Positions 1 to 10,885 are shown, counted from the stretch's first letter. The stretch: DNA of 64,000 bases from an uncultured Spirochaetaceae bacterium (GCA_964524755.1 CAZGDR010000001.1:39708-103707), one strand, 5' to 3'. The notes: a model not told the origin generated them from the sequence alone. Translations and numbers: made by a program.

Positions 1-1422
1 CTTGGCGTTCTCCTTAAGAGATGCAATATCGAGAGCTCCACAATTGCACATGGTGGAACGGACTTTCGCTAAAGAGAGTTGAACATTTTCACGTAATGTT
101 CCCGCATACGGCACGTAGGAATCGACGCCCTCTTCAAAAGAGAGATGGCCTGTGCCACCTAAATCATACCGTTGCCAGTTGCGGGCCTTATTGGAACCCT
201 CTCCCCAATACTCTTTCATGTAAGAATTGTTCACAAAGACTCTATTGGCTGGGCTTTCATCAAAGCGTGCGAAATAACGACCAAGCATCATAAAATCGGC
301 CCCCATCGCCAAAGCTAAGGTGAGATGATGATCATACACAATGCCGCCATCGCTGCAGATTGGAACATAGATGCCGGTCTCTTGGTAGTAGAGGTCACGC
401 TCTTTAGCAACTTCAATAATAGCTGAAGCCTGCCCCCTTCCAATCCCTTTTGTTTCACGAGTAATACAGATTGAGCCACCACCAATACCAACTTTTACAA
501 AGTCTGCGCCACTTTCTACTAAAAAGCGAAACCCTTCAGCATCGACAATGTTACCTGCTCCTACGGGAACATCCGGTCCATAGGTTTTCTTAATATGTTG
601 TATCGTGAGGCGTTGCCACTCGGTAAAACCCTCAGATGAATCAATACAAAGTATATCGGCACCAGCTTCTAGAAGAGCTGGAACACGTTCAACGTAATCG
701 CGCGTATTAATACCCGCACCAACGACATACCGCTTTTCATCATCCAATAGTTCTAACGGATGTTCTTTATGGTTATCGTAATCCTTACGAAACACTAATG
801 AACACAAGTTTCCTTTTTTATCAACAATCGGCAAAGCATTAAGTTTATGATCCCAAATCATGTCATTCGCTTCAGTCAAAGTGAGATCTTCACTCCCATA
901 GACTAGTTTGTCTAATGGGGTCATAAACGAGGCTACTGGGGTGCTTAGATCCATCCTATGGACACGGTAATCACGACTAGTAACTAACCCAACCAGTTTT
1001 CCATCAGCTTTTCCATCAGCAGTGACTGCAATTGTAGAGTGGCCAGTACGCTCTTTCAAAGCTACCAAGTCGGCTAACGTTTGGCTCGGCATGATGTTCG
1101 AGTCACTGGGAACAAATCCAGCTTTATGATTTTTAACTCGCCACACCATCTCAGCTTGCTCTTCAATACCCTGGGAGCAAAAGATAAAGGAGACTCCCCC
1201 CTCTTTAGCTAATGCAATTGCCAGTTGATCATCGCTTACAGCTTGCATAATGGCTGAAACAAGTGGGATATTAGCTTGAAACTTAGGGCGTTCCCCTTTC
1301 GTAAACTTTACTAACGGTGTCTGTAGATCAACATTGTCAGGTATACAGTCGGTAGATGAGTAACTGGGAATCAGTAAATATTCATTAAACGTCCTAGACG
1401 GTTCTTCTATATAAGTAGCCAT
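1..1422 (-). CDS. guaB: IMP dehydrogenase, C-terminus cut by window edge (474 codons present)
   Basis: Absent from the ORF track because it runs off the window. Reverse complement from ATG (1422-1420), with GGAGGA RBS at 1431-1436, reads [23 protein letters not shown]...[21 protein letters not shown]...[23 protein letters not shown]...[15 protein letters not shown]. This is the long Tritrichomonas/Clostridium-type IMPDH pattern, including the catalytic Cys loop. Confidence 0.85.
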   Translation of the reverse strand, partial: MATYIEEPSRTFNEYLLIPSYSSTDCIPDNVDLQTPLVKFTKGERPKFQANIPLVSAIMQAVSDDQLAIALAKEGGVSFIFCSQGIEEQAEMVWRVKNHKAGFVPSDSNIMPSQTLADLVALKERTGHSTIAVTADGKADGKLVGLVTSRDYRVHRMDLSTPVASFMTPLDKLVYGSEDLTLTEANDMIWDHKLNALPIVDKKGNLCSLVFRKDYDNHKEHPLELLDDEKRYVVGAGINTRDYVERVPALLEAGADILCIDSSEGFTEWQRLTIQHIKKTYGPDVPVGAGNIVDAEGFRFLVESGADFVKVGIGGGSICITRETKGIGRGQASAIIEVAKERDLYYQETGIYVPICSDGGIVYDHHLTLALAMGADFMMLGRYFARFDESPANRVFVNNSYMKEYWGEGSNKARNWQRYDLGGTGHLSFEEGVDSYVPYAGTLRENVQLSLAKVRSTMCNCGALDIASLKENAK

Positions 1423-1460
1423 TAGGTAAATCCTCCGTTGCGCTATTTTGAAGCACCTAA

Positions 1461-3329
1461 CTAAAAATAACAAGTATATAAGAACATTTTACTTTGTTTC
1501 GCACCAAGTTCAATCTCTAAAGACTCATTATCCCAATTTGGTTCTTGCCCACTTTCCCATTCACCTATTTTTTTTATTCCTAAATGTTCTACATTCACCC
1601 GAATAGTTTGCTCCGTTGATCCACGGTTAAGAACCATGAAGACCCCTTCTCCTTGGTAAGTCCGTGAGAACATTACAGTTTCATGCGCAATGTACTCCGT
1701 TTGCCAATCACCATAAGCGGCCCAAGCATGAGTTTTTCGTAATTCCCCTAGCCTTTTATAGAGATCATAAAACCTTTGATTCCACTCTGTTTCATCCCAT
1801 TGCATAGGATAACGAGCCCCTTCGTTGCTCTCTATGGTACCTTTGAGGCCAACTTCATCGCCGTAATACACACTCGGGACACCGGGAAGTAGGTACAATA
1901 ACATCACCACTCCCCTATATAATTCCCAATCAAAAATACGAGTATGGTTGTGTAGTCGCATCGTATCGTGTGAATCGATAAGGTTAAATTGGAGGGGAAC
2001 TAATTGGTCAGGAATTGCATAAAGATGTTGTTTGATGGCCTCAGAGAGCGCAAAACCACTGAGCGGTCGGCCACTTTCATCAGAGTGTCCCCAATTGGCC
2101 ATTAAGAAGGTATCCTGCTGGCCATACCAGCGCCGTAGCAGACGTCCACTCCCAAAATAGTTCATTGCCGAATCCCATTGGTCACCCTGCAGGTAGGCGG
2201 CGGCATCTTCCCAAGCTTCTCCAATATAATAGGCGTCCGTATTGGTCTTTTTTATAGCTACACGTACCTCTTGCCAAATTTCATGGCAAAATTGATCCGT
2301 TTCATGTCGCCCTGTATCGGTGCCGACATCAAAACGCCACCCATCAATGGCGTAGGGCTCCTGCAGATACTTTCGAACTACCGAGTCACTCTTCCTGTAC
2401 ATACGATCGCGCAAGGCCTGGTTGCTGTAATTGAGCTGTGGCAAGGTATGGACATGTTGCCAGAAGACAAAAGTCCCATCGCTTTTACGATAATAAAATT
2501 CACTCTCTGTTGAATTTTTGTCTTTCAAAGCCTTTTTATACCAAGGATGGTCAATCCCGGTATGGTTGATAGAGACATCTAGTAGTATGTGGATATTGGC
2601 TTCGTGCAAGCTTTTGCAAAGTTGAATAAGAGCTTCATCTCCTCCTACATGTTCATCGACGGTAAAATAATCGGTACAATCATAACGGTGATTGGTCTTA
2701 GCTCGAAAGATGGGGGTAAGATATAATGCGGTAATCCCTAAGGCCTTAAAATGGGGAATAGCCTCTTCTATCCCTTTCAAATCACCATTGTAAAAATCGA
2801 GACATCGTCCCTCTTCATAGGAGAGGGGCTCTTCGTCCCAGTTAAGAGCTTTGGTTGTCCCTCCGTCAAAAGTATATTCGTGAGTCTCAAGATCAATGCT
2901 TGGATCTCCTTTTCTAAACCGGTCAGGAAAAATCTGATAAAAAGTGCTTCCAGCAACCCAACTACTCGCTTCGATTGAAGGATCAACGCTATACATCCGC
3001 GCTTCACTGGGATGATAGACCTGTAGACCAGTACGGGTTGCAAAATACCATCCCTGCTCAGTTTCAATTTGAAAAGAAAATTTCCAACAGGGTTGTACGG
3101 GTGGATGGATATGTGCTTCATAACGATCAAACACTTGGCCCTGTTGTGCACGGTGCATCGGGAAATAGCTCGAACGTCCATCCAAAAGGGCATGACAGAT
3201 GATTTTGACTACCGGTGCGTGCGTTGCTATACTGATTGCTACTGTTGTGCTAACTCCAGCCACTGGTGGAAACGGGGTGAGATACTCAGGAACAACCCCT
3301 GAGCGGATGCTTTTTTTCCAATTTACCAT
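1461..3329 (-). CDS. GH13 alpha-glycosidase (neopullulanase/cyclomaltodextrinase-like)
   Basis: 622-aa ORF with GH13 conserved regions [23 protein letters not shown] and IDSHD. An N-terminal beta domain precedes [17 protein letters not shown] lies just upstream of the ATG. Confidence 0.8.
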   Translation of the reverse strand: MVNWKKSIRSGVVPEYLTPFPPVAGVSTTVAISIATHAPVVKIICHALLDGRSSYFPMHRAQQGQVFDRYEAHIHPPVQPCWKFSFQIETEQGWYFATRTGLQVYHPSEARMYSVDPSIEASSWVAGSTFYQIFPDRFRKGDPSIDLETHEYTFDGGTTKALNWDEEPLSYEEGRCLDFYNGDLKGIEEAIPHFKALGITALYLTPIFRAKTNHRYDCTDYFTVDEHVGGDEALIQLCKSLHEANIHILLDVSINHTGIDHPWYKKALKDKNSTESEFYYRKSDGTFVFWQHVHTLPQLNYSNQALRDRMYRKSDSVVRKYLQEPYAIDGWRFDVGTDTGRHETDQFCHEIWQEVRVAIKKTNTDAYYIGEAWEDAAAYLQGDQWDSAMNYFGSGRLLRRWYGQQDTFLMANWGHSDESGRPLSGFALSEAIKQHLYAIPDQLVPLQFNLIDSHDTMRLHNHTRIFDWELYRGVVMLLYLLPGVPSVYYGDEVGLKGTIESNEGARYPMQWDETEWNQRFYDLYKRLGELRKTHAWAAYGDWQTEYIAHETVMFSRTYQGEGVFMVLNRGSTEQTIRVNVEHLGIKKIGEWESGQEPNWDNESLEIELGAKQSKMFLYTCYF

Positions 3330-3377
3330 ACATACCTCTTTTCCCTTGTTGTATATAGCTCAAAACCTATTGCTAGT

Positions 3378-3403
3378 TGACCGGTTTGCTAAACCGGTTT
3401 ACT
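3378..3403. promoter_or_regulatory. Candidate LacI-family operator (TAAACCGGTTTA palindrome with duplicated ACCGGTTT arm)
   Basis: Sequence tgACCGGTTTgcTAAACCGGTTTAct. There is a perfect 12-bp palindrome at 3390-3401 with a central CG, and ACCGGTTT occurs at 3380-3387 and 3393-3400. It lies about 50 bp upstream of the GH13 start, in a divergent 294-bp intergenic region next to a LacI-family gene. Confidence 0.45.
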
Positions 3404-3623
3404 ATGTACTATGTTAGTAGGCAAAACAAGTCAAGACAATTTATGAAAAGATGTCAATCAGTTGGTAAGGTTGAGCGGGTTAGAAGTTATTCTGTATCCT
3501 CATCTCTTAATTTTTGCTAGAATAAAATTAAATACTTTCATAGGATGAGCTTTATGTATTGCAGGCTTGGTCCATACATATCTCTATTTCTCGATCAGGA
3601 AACTCTAAAGGGGTTATTATAAA

Positions 3624-5519
3624 GTGAATACAGCCCAAGAGAACATCCATCACCAAGAATTTGCTGATCGCTTTGAACATTTGGAGAAAGAATTAAAAAC
3701 CCTCTATACCTCACTCTACGGAAAACGGGGTTATAAGAGCCTTCTTGATCTGCTCCGGTTAAAATGGTCTGCACGCTCAGAGAAGATGCTCAAACTTGAT
3801 GACCAACGGTTAGCCCATCCCCTCTGGTACCAAGATTCAGCGATGACGGGCATGATGCTCTATGTCGATAATTTTGCGGGAACTTTTGCCAACATGCCGG
3901 CTCGACTCGACTATCTTGAAGAACTGGGTATTACCTATCTTCACATCATGCCGGTCTTTGAAATGCCTCAAGCCTTAAATGATGGAGGATATGCAGTCAG
4001 CGACTTTACCTCGATCGATCCCCGGTTTGGTACCAACGAGGAATTTGATGCTTTTACCCAAGCATGCCACTCTCGCGGTATCAGTATATGTCTCGACTTT
4101 GTCCTCAATCATACCTCAGATGAACACGCTTGGGCCCTTAAAGCTAAAGAGGGTGATAGTGATTGCCAAGCACGCTATTTTATCTTTGAAGATAGAGTTA
4201 TGCCTGATGCCTATGAAGAAACGGTGAATGAGGTCTTCCCTGTACAAGCACCCGGTAATTTCACCTTTAACGCTAAGATGGGGAAATGGGTCTTAACTAC
4301 TTTCAATAACTTTCAATGGGATTTGAATTATAGTAATTACGAAGTCTTTATTGAAATGGCTCGGGCGTTGCTGCAATTAGCCAACCGAGGAGTCGATGTC
4401 TTTCGGTTTGACGCCATCCCCTATATCTGGAAAGAATGGGGAACCAGCAGCCGTAACTTACCGCAAGTCCATACGCTTATTCGTATGTTTCGCCTCGTAC
4501 TAGAAATTGCAGCTCCTGCCACTATTATCAAAGGAGAAGTTGTCATGGCCCCCCATGATGTTGCTCCGTACTTTGGTACGCAAGAGGCTCCCGAATGTCA
4601 CCTTCTCTACAATGTGACTTTCATGGTTGAATTATGGAATTCTCTAGCTACCCGTGACACGCGTATGTTAGCCACCCTCATCAAGGATATTCCCCAAACC
4701 ATCCCTACTGGAGCGTGTTGGGTAAACTACGTCCGCAGCCACGATGATATTGGTTGGGGCTTTCAAGAATCAGCTGCTCGCTCTATTGGGTTTGACCCTT
4801 TTGAACATAAACAGTTTTTGATTAACTTCTACTTAGGTTCCTTCCCGGGCAGCTTTAGTCGTGGAGAGCTCTATGAATCAGATCCAAGGACCAAAGATGC
4901 CCGCAATAGTGGCACGTGTGCTTCATTGTGTGGACTGGAAAAAGGACTCTTTGAACGGGATGAATACCAACAAGAATTAGCCATAAAACGTATTAGCATG
5001 TTGCATGCCTTCTGTATGGCCGCCAACGGGATACCGGTAATATATAGTGGTGATGAAATTGGACAACTAAACGACTATTCGTATATCTACGATATGCATA
5101 AAGCTCGTGACAGCCGATTCTTACATCGCAGTAAGTTTGACTGGGCAACAGCTAGTAAACGCCAAGACCTACGCCTTCCTAGCTCACTAATTTTCAAAAA
5201 TATTCACCGGTACATTGTGCTAAGAAAAGGAGAAGAGCTCATCGGCTCAGCTAACCGTCTTACCATCAATTCGACTAATGACCACGGGGTAATTTGTATG
5301 TTGGTAACACCAAGAGATGAGATTGAAGCAACTCAAATGCTCGTAGTCATCGCAAACTTCACCGAACATCAAAAAGTAGTAGAGGTCGACACTACCACCT
5401 CCCCCTTATTGCGCGAAGAAGTGTGGACCGATCTAGCCCAAGGAAAAGAAGTTCGTTTAGAGGCTAATCCTGTAATACTCGGTCCGTATGAAATACTATT
5501 ACTGAAAGGGACAGGGTAA
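3624..5519 (+). CDS. Amylosucrase-type GH13 sucrose-utilising glucosyltransferase
   Basis: 631 aa with a GTG start. As I recall Neisseria-type amylosucrase, the match is colinear: GITYLHIMPVF, DGGYAVSDF, DFVLNHTSDEHAW, FQWDLNYSN, FRFDAIPYIWKEWGTSSRNLPQVH, WVNYVRSHDDIGW, IYSGDEIG. Confidence 0.8.
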   Translation: MNTAQENIHHQEFADRFEHLEKELKTLYTSLYGKRGYKSLLDLLRLKWSARSEKMLKLDDQRLAHPLWYQDSAMTGMMLYVDNFAGTFANMPARLDYLEELGITYLHIMPVFEMPQALNDGGYAVSDFTSIDPRFGTNEEFDAFTQACHSRGISICLDFVLNHTSDEHAWALKAKEGDSDCQARYFIFEDRVMPDAYEETVNEVFPVQAPGNFTFNAKMGKWVLTTFNNFQWDLNYSNYEVFIEMARALLQLANRGVDVFRFDAIPYIWKEWGTSSRNLPQVHTLIRMFRLVLEIAAPATIIKGEVVMAPHDVAPYFGTQEAPECHLLYNVTFMVELWNSLATRDTRMLATLIKDIPQTIPTGACWVNYVRSHDDIGWGFQESAARSIGFDPFEHKQFLINFYLGSFPGSFSRGELYESDPRTKDARNSGTCASLCGLEKGLFERDEYQQELAIKRISMLHAFCMAANGIPVIYSGDEIGQLNDYSYIYDMHKARDSRFLHRSKFDWATASKRQDLRLPSSLIFKNIHRYIVLRKGEELIGSANRLTINSTNDHGVICMLVTPRDEIEATQMLVVIANFTEHQKVVEVDTTTSPLLREEVWTDLAQGKEVRLEANPVILGPYEILLLKGTG

Positions 5520-5520
5520 T

Positions 5521-6585
5521 ATGAATGATCCTTCAGCCCCTAAAGAGAAACGCGTTACGATCAATGATATAGCCCGTGCTTCGGGATATTCAAAGACAGC
5601 GGTCTCCTTTGCTTTCAACGCCCCTTCTCGAATTTCAGAGAAAACTTGCGCAACTATCTTGCAGATAGCGAAAGAGATGGGATACTATCCCAACCCTTTA
5701 GCCCGAAATTTCGCTCTCCAATGTCATCAAAGTATTGGTTTTTTACTCCCCAAAGACATTAATTACTCCTTTCGCAATCCCTATATCATGGAAGTAGTGG
5801 GGGGAATTGGCTCTGTCTGCCAAAAATATGGGACGACACTTACTTTGATCCCTCCTCTCCATGCGAGTATGTTACAAGCTGTCCACAGAGCCGCTGTGGA
5901 TGGACTTATCACCCAAGGCATGCGTGTAGAAACGGAAATTGTTGATGCCATTATAAAACGCAACCTCCCCTTTGTTACCCTCGATGGAGTTCCTTCTACT
6001 CAGGTGCCTTCAGTCAATATTAACGACAAACAAGCTGCTTATGATATAATGCACCTTGTCCTCGCGGCGGGACACCGCCATATTGTCATCGTTGGGTTTT
6101 CAGAAGCTTCTTACGCCAAAAAAGATTTTGAGAGTATACAAAGAGTACGATTGCAGGGATATCTGGAGGCTTTAGAGGAATTCTGTCTCAATCTATCTTC
6201 CCCTACAATAGCGATTCACTTTTGTGAATGTACTTTAGAGGCGGGGCGCAATTTTGCTACTACCCTTCTCCAGAAAGAGCTTCCCACCTGTATAGTCACC
6301 ATGTGTGATATCACGGCTATGGGGATTATGGTTGCCTTCAAAGCCCACAAAATAGCGGTTCCTGCTACTATTTCTCTCGTTGGCTTTGACAATATCCCGG
6401 AGGCCACCTACCAAGAACCACCATTGACAACGGTGGATCAACCCGGTGTTGATAAAGGGAAACGAGCAGCTGAATTATTATTTTCTCTTATCAATAAAGA
6501 ACCTATTGCCGAACGTCATATCGAAATGCCCTATGCAATCATGCAACGCGGTTCACTCGGTCCCCCGCGAGACTGTAATCTTTAA
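5521..6585 (+). CDS. LacI-family transcriptional regulator
   Basis: N-terminal HTH (VTINDIARASGYSKTAVSFAF) followed by a periplasmic-binding-fold sensor domain. It starts 1 nt after the amylosucrase stop. Confidence 0.85.
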   Translation: MNDPSAPKEKRVTINDIARASGYSKTAVSFAFNAPSRISEKTCATILQIAKEMGYYPNPLARNFALQCHQSIGFLLPKDINYSFRNPYIMEVVGGIGSVCQKYGTTLTLIPPLHASMLQAVHRAAVDGLITQGMRVETEIVDAIIKRNLPFVTLDGVPSTQVPSVNINDKQAAYDIMHLVLAAGHRHIVIVGFSEASYAKKDFESIQRVRLQGYLEALEEFCLNLSSPTIAIHFCECTLEAGRNFATTLLQKELPTCIVTMCDITAMGIMVAFKAHKIAVPATISLVGFDNIPEATYQEPPLTTVDQPGVDKGKRAAELLFSLINKEPIAERHIEMPYAIMQRGSLGPPRDCNL

Positions 6586-6614
6586 AAAAAGATATATTTC
6601 CTCTAAATTCTCGC

Positions 6615-6643
6615 TTGACAGTTACCTTATATATTAATATTAT
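6615..6643 (+). promoter_or_regulatory. Sigma70-like promoter for the metal ATPase (TTGACA-17-TATTAT)
   Basis: TTGACA at 6615-6620, a 17-nt spacer, and TATTAT at 6638-6643, about 43 nt upstream of the ATG at 6686. Confidence 0.55.
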
Positions 6644-6671
6644 TCATATGAATGTTTAATCATATATGAAT
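6641..6671. promoter_or_regulatory. Candidate ArsR/SmtB-type operator (TTCATATGAA / ATATGAATGT-TTAATCATAT / TCATATATGA)
   Basis: TATTCATATGAATGTTTAATCATATATGAAT contains a perfect 10-bp palindrome TTCATATGAA (6643-6652). It also contains a 20-bp imperfect inverted repeat with ATATGA/TCATAT arms (6646-6665). Both sit at or just after the -10 element. TGAA..TCA inverted repeats are typical of SmtB/CzrA operators. Confidence 0.4.
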
Positions 6672-6685
6672 TTATAGAGGACTCA

Positions 6686-8776
6686 ATGACAATACGGAAG
6701 ACTTATACATTACATGGAATTGATTGCGCTGGATGTGCGACCCACATTGAAGAGGCGGTGGGAAAAATCGAAGGCGTCCAATCATCACGCATCAATCTCC
6801 TTAACCACAAAATTGAAATTGTTGCTCAAAACTCCGTTCAGAATGATCTTGATACACACCTTAAAGAAGCTATTCACAAGACAGATCCAACCGTAACGGC
6901 CACTTTAGATACACAAAAACCTTCCCCGTCAATCACCCCTGATTGGCCTAGGTTTGTCCGTATCCCCGCGCGTATCCTTTTATCATTAGTAGCTTTATTT
7001 TTTGCAATCACTACGAATAACCCAACCTTAAGTTCCATCTTGTTTGTGATCGCCTATCTGATCAGTGGCTACGATATTGTCTTGCGGGCTGTTAAAAACA
7101 TATTCCGAGGCAAAGTATTTGACGAGAATTTCCTCATGACGATTGCTACGATTGGAGCTTTTGCCATTGGGCAATACTCAGAAGCTGTCGCTGTGATGGC
7201 TTTTTATCAAGTTGGAGAATACTTCCAAGAGATTGCCGTACACCGCTCTCGGACTTCAATCAGCAACTTAATGGATATTAAACCTCTTAAAGCTACCGTA
7301 CTGCGTGCAGGAGTACAGGTAGATATTACTCCCGAAGAAATTGCAGTAGGTGAAACGATTATCATTCGACCTGGTGAAAAGATCCCCGTCGATGCGGTGG
7401 TCACCGCAGGATCTTCCCTTATCGATACGAAAGCCCTTACCGGCGAGTCTTTACCACAACCCGTAAATCCAGGCGACGCGCTCATCAGTGGCTCTATCAA
7501 TGGATTAGGGGTGTTACACGGTCAAGCCACGGCTAGTTATCAAGATTCAACGGTTGCTACTATTTTACGTTTAGTTGAAGAGTCCGGATTACGCAAAACA
7601 CAATCCGAACGTTTTATTACCCAGTTCGCCCGTTACTATACCCCAATTGTGGTTCTCTTAGCCGCTCTTATAGCTTTCATTCCTCCTCTTTTTTCCCCTT
7701 TGCCCTTCTCAGACTGGCTCTACCGAGCGCTTGTTTTCTTAGTAATTTCATGTCCCTGTGCTTTAGTTATCTCAGTGCCCCTAGGCTTTTTTGCCGGTAT
7801 TGGAGGATTAGCTAAAATGGGAGTTCTTGTTAAGGGGAGTAACTATGTGCAAACCTTAGCCAAGACAAAGACCATCGTATTCGATAAAACTGGAACCCTT
7901 ACAGAAGGTCAGTTTGCCTATGTTGGCATGGAGGTATTAGCAGAATCACCTTTGCCAGAAGAGACTCTTCTCGCCTACGCTGCCAGTATTGAGTCCAACT
8001 CTACTCACCCAATTGCTAAGGCAATAACAGCAGCGTATAACGGCCCTCACCTACCAGCCTCTGACGTGACTGAAGTGCCAGGAAAAGGCATTGAGGGGAT
8101 GATAAATCAACATCGCATCCAGGTTGGCAGTGCCCACCATATCACGGGAAAGGAATCTGAATCTGAACTTGTTATAGCCGTTGACGGTGTTGTTGCGGCA
8201 AGATTGCGTGTAAGGGATACGGTGAAGCAAGAGAGCAGAGCAACGATACAACAGCTTAAAAACAGTGGTGTCAATACCATTGTTATGCTCTCAGGTGATG
8301 CTAAACGCACCGTCCAAGAAACTGCAGAAGAGATAGGAATTACCGAATACTATGCACAATTATTACCCCAGGATAAGGTTGATCACCTAGAACGGTTACT
8401 ACGGGAGAAACCTAAAAACTCTAGTTTAGTGTTCGTGGGAGATGGAATAAATGATGCTCCAGTTTTGGCTCGAGCAGATATTGGCATCTCCATGGGGTCG
8501 ATGGGTTCCGATGCTGCTATTGAGGCTTCAGATATTGTAATCATGCAGGATGATCTATCCCGCATCCCTCTCGCTATCCAAAGTGCGAAAAGAACCGTAC
8601 ATATTGTTACTCAAAACATAGTTTTTGCATTAGCTATTAAATTGATTATTATGGGGCTTGGAGCTGTAGGTCTGGCTTCTATGTGGATGGCTGTCTTTGC
8701 CGATACAGGGGTAGCGCTCTTGGCTGTATTGAATTCTCTGCGTGCTATGAAACAATATAAGACTCTACATCTTTAA
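6686..8776 (+). CDS. Heavy-metal P1B-type ATPase, Zn/Cd/Pb (P1B-2) signature
   Basis: HMA domain GIDCAGCATHIE, TM6 CPC (SCPCALV), DKTGTLT, STHPIAKAI and GDGINDAP. Lys in TM7 (AIKL) and DTG in TM8 fit the ZntA/CadA class rather than the Cu class. Confidence 0.85.
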   Translation: MTIRKTYTLHGIDCAGCATHIEEAVGKIEGVQSSRINLLNHKIEIVAQNSVQNDLDTHLKEAIHKTDPTVTATLDTQKPSPSITPDWPRFVRIPARILLSLVALFFAITTNNPTLSSILFVIAYLISGYDIVLRAVKNIFRGKVFDENFLMTIATIGAFAIGQYSEAVAVMAFYQVGEYFQEIAVHRSRTSISNLMDIKPLKATVLRAGVQVDITPEEIAVGETIIIRPGEKIPVDAVVTAGSSLIDTKALTGESLPQPVNPGDALISGSINGLGVLHGQATASYQDSTVATILRLVEESGLRKTQSERFITQFARYYTPIVVLLAALIAFIPPLFSPLPFSDWLYRALVFLVISCPCALVISVPLGFFAGIGGLAKMGVLVKGSNYVQTLAKTKTIVFDKTGTLTEGQFAYVGMEVLAESPLPEETLLAYAASIESNSTHPIAKAITAAYNGPHLPASDVTEVPGKGIEGMINQHRIQVGSAHHITGKESESELVIAVDGVVAARLRVRDTVKQESRATIQQLKNSGVNTIVMLSGDAKRTVQETAEEIGITEYYAQLLPQDKVDHLERLLREKPKNSSLVFVGDGINDAPVLARADIGISMGSMGSDAAIEASDIVIMQDDLSRIPLAIQSAKRTVHIVTQNIVFALAIKLIIMGLGAVGLASMWMAVFADTGVALLAVLNSLRAMKQYKTLHL

Positions 8777-8840
8777 GCGAGCCCATTTTTATGATACATT
8801 GTATCCTTGAAATGATGTTAACAATACGAGGTTTAAACTA

Positions 8841-10871
8841 ATGGATGACACGTGTATACGCAATATTGGAATCATGGCTCATATCGATGCTGGCAAAACG
8901 ACCACCACTGAACGGATTCTTTTCTATACTGGGGAAAATCACCGTATAGGAGAGGTTGATGATGGTGAAGCCTCCATGGATTTTATGGAGCAAGAGCAGG
9001 ATCGGGGAATTACCATCTCCTCAGCCGCAACCACGTGCTTCTGGAAGGATCACAAGATTAATATTATTGATACCCCTGGACATGTAGACTTTACCGCTGA
9101 GGTCGAGCGCTCTCTACGGGTTCTCGATAGCGCTGTAGCAGTAATCTGTGGAGTAAGTGGTGTAGAGCCCCAAACCGAAACAGTCTGGCGCCAAGCAGAT
9201 AATTACAAAGTTCCAAGAATTATTTTTATTAATAAAATGGATCGCTTGGGAGCTAACTTTTATCAGGTTATGCAAGATTTAGAAGATAAATTTAAGATTC
9301 ATGCGGTCCCCCTCTACCTCCCTGTAGGTTCAGAGTCTGATTTTAATGGAATTATAGATGTGTTGGCTAATACGTGGATTACATTTGAAGAGACCAGTTT
9401 TGGTAGCACCATGTCTACACACCCTGTCCCAGAAGATTTGGTAAAGATAACCGCAGAATGGAATGAAAAACTTATCGATGCAGTGGCTTCATATTCAGAT
9501 AAAATTACTGAACTCTATTTTTCAGGAGAGGAAATTCCCCGAGACCTCATCATTGAAACCTTACGTAAATGTACCATTGATCGCACATTGGTTCCTGTTT
9601 TTGTGGGGGCAGCATTAAAGAATATCGGGGTACAACCACTGCTGGATGGAATTGTGGAATTGCTTCCTTCGCCTTTGGATGTTCCACCCATGAAAGGTAT
9701 CTCAGTGAAACAAGGAACAGAGATTATGGTCAAACATGATCCTGAAGGACCTCCTCTCGCCCTTATTTTTAAAATTACCCACGACCGTGAAACTGGACCA
9801 CTCAGTTTTATTCGTGTCTACTCGGGAGTTATTAAAAAAGGGACAGCGATACTGAACATCACCAAGAAGAAACGGGAACGGATAAACCGCTTGTTTCGGA
9901 TGCATGCAGGTCGCCCAGAACCTGTTGACCTATTAGCCGCGGGTGATATTGGGGTGATTATTGGTTTTAAAAATGCCCAAACAGGAGATACTATAGGGAG
10001 TGAAGGTGTACAGATTCTTCTTGAAGAGATGCATTTCCCTGAACCTGTTATCTCAGTGGCAATTGAGCCAAAAACATTAAGTGATCAAGAAAAATTGAAA
10101 AGCTCTCTACAAATTCTAATGCAGGAAGATCCCACTTTTTCTTGGAAAGAAAACAGTGATACTGGGCAGTTGATTATCTCAGGCATGGGAGAATTGCATC
10201 TGGATGTTCTCGTTACGCGCTTAACCAAAGAGATGAAAGTAGACGCACGGGTTGGAGCACCTCAAGTAACCTATCGAGAATCAATCTCACAAGAAGTCAC
10301 TGAAACTGAACAGTTTAGCAAAATATTAGCGGGCAAAGAAAATACCGCTACGGTTACACTGACTATCAAACCATTGCCGACTGGTAGCGGAGTGAAATTC
10401 ACTTCTAAAGTTTCCCCCAAAAACATCCCTTCTGAAATGTTTGAAGCTATTGAGCGTGGTGTTGATAACTCGATCCGTGGTGGAATTAGATTTGGGTATG
10501 AAATAGTTGATATAGAGACAGTATTGGAGTCAGTTACTTATAACGAATTCTCTTCTACTACCTTTGCCTTTGAAGCAGCGACTGCTTTATGTTTTGAAGC
10601 TGCCTGTAGGGATGCGATGCCGATCTTGCTGGAACCAATTATGAAGGTCGATATCACTGTCCCCTCTCAGTATGTTGGGGAGGTTATGGGAAGTCTCACT
10701 GCTCGAGGTGGGTTGATTAACAGCTTAGAAAGCCGTGCCACAGCCGATTATATAAAGGCTAAAGCTCCGTTAGCACAATTATTCGGGTATTCCACCGTAT
10801 TACGCTCTTCTACCCAAGGAAGAGGGACTTTTACGATGGAATTCTCCCATTTTGCCCAAAAAACACAGTGA
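8841..10871 (+). CDS. fusA: Elongation factor G family GTPase (complete G motifs)
   Basis: 676 aa with AHIDAGKTT, DTPGHVDF and NKMD, plus domains II-V (GELHLDV, VTYRESI). I cannot tell whether it is the main translocase or a paralogue. Confidence 0.85.
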   Translation: MDDTCIRNIGIMAHIDAGKTTTTERILFYTGENHRIGEVDDGEASMDFMEQEQDRGITISSAATTCFWKDHKINIIDTPGHVDFTAEVERSLRVLDSAVAVICGVSGVEPQTETVWRQADNYKVPRIIFINKMDRLGANFYQVMQDLEDKFKIHAVPLYLPVGSESDFNGIIDVLANTWITFEETSFGSTMSTHPVPEDLVKITAEWNEKLIDAVASYSDKITELYFSGEEIPRDLIIETLRKCTIDRTLVPVFVGAALKNIGVQPLLDGIVELLPSPLDVPPMKGISVKQGTEIMVKHDPEGPPLALIFKITHDRETGPLSFIRVYSGVIKKGTAILNITKKKRERINRLFRMHAGRPEPVDLLAAGDIGVIIGFKNAQTGDTIGSEGVQILLEEMHFPEPVISVAIEPKTLSDQEKLKSSLQILMQEDPTFSWKENSDTGQLIISGMGELHLDVLVTRLTKEMKVDARVGAPQVTYRESISQEVTETEQFSKILAGKENTATVTLTIKPLPTGSGVKFTSKVSPKNIPSEMFEAIERGVDNSIRGGIRFGYEIVDIETVLESVTYNEFSSTTFAFEAATALCFEAACRDAMPILLEPIMKVDITVPSQYVGEVMGSLTARGGLINSLESRATADYIKAKAPLAQLFGYSTVLRSSTQGRGTFTMEFSHFAQKTQ

Positions 10872-10885
10872 AATAGATAAATAGT

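Noticed and set aside
21-293. 90-aa plus-strand ORF at the window start.
   Set aside because: It lies antisense inside the clearly recognisable IMP dehydrogenase coding sequence, and its composition (C/W/H/R-rich) looks like a shadow frame.
2178-3417. A cluster of 72-138-aa ORFs on both strands (2178-2513, 2751-2978, 2777-3193, 2975-3202, 3069-3302, 3199-3417).
   Set aside because: All overlap the GH13 gene, which carries the conserved motifs. No RBS or family resemblance was found, so these are shadow ORFs.
6446-6637. 63-aa ORF spanning the end of the LacI-family gene and the ATPase promoter.
   Set aside because: It overlaps the LacI-family CDS in another frame and runs through the predicted promoter, with no RBS.
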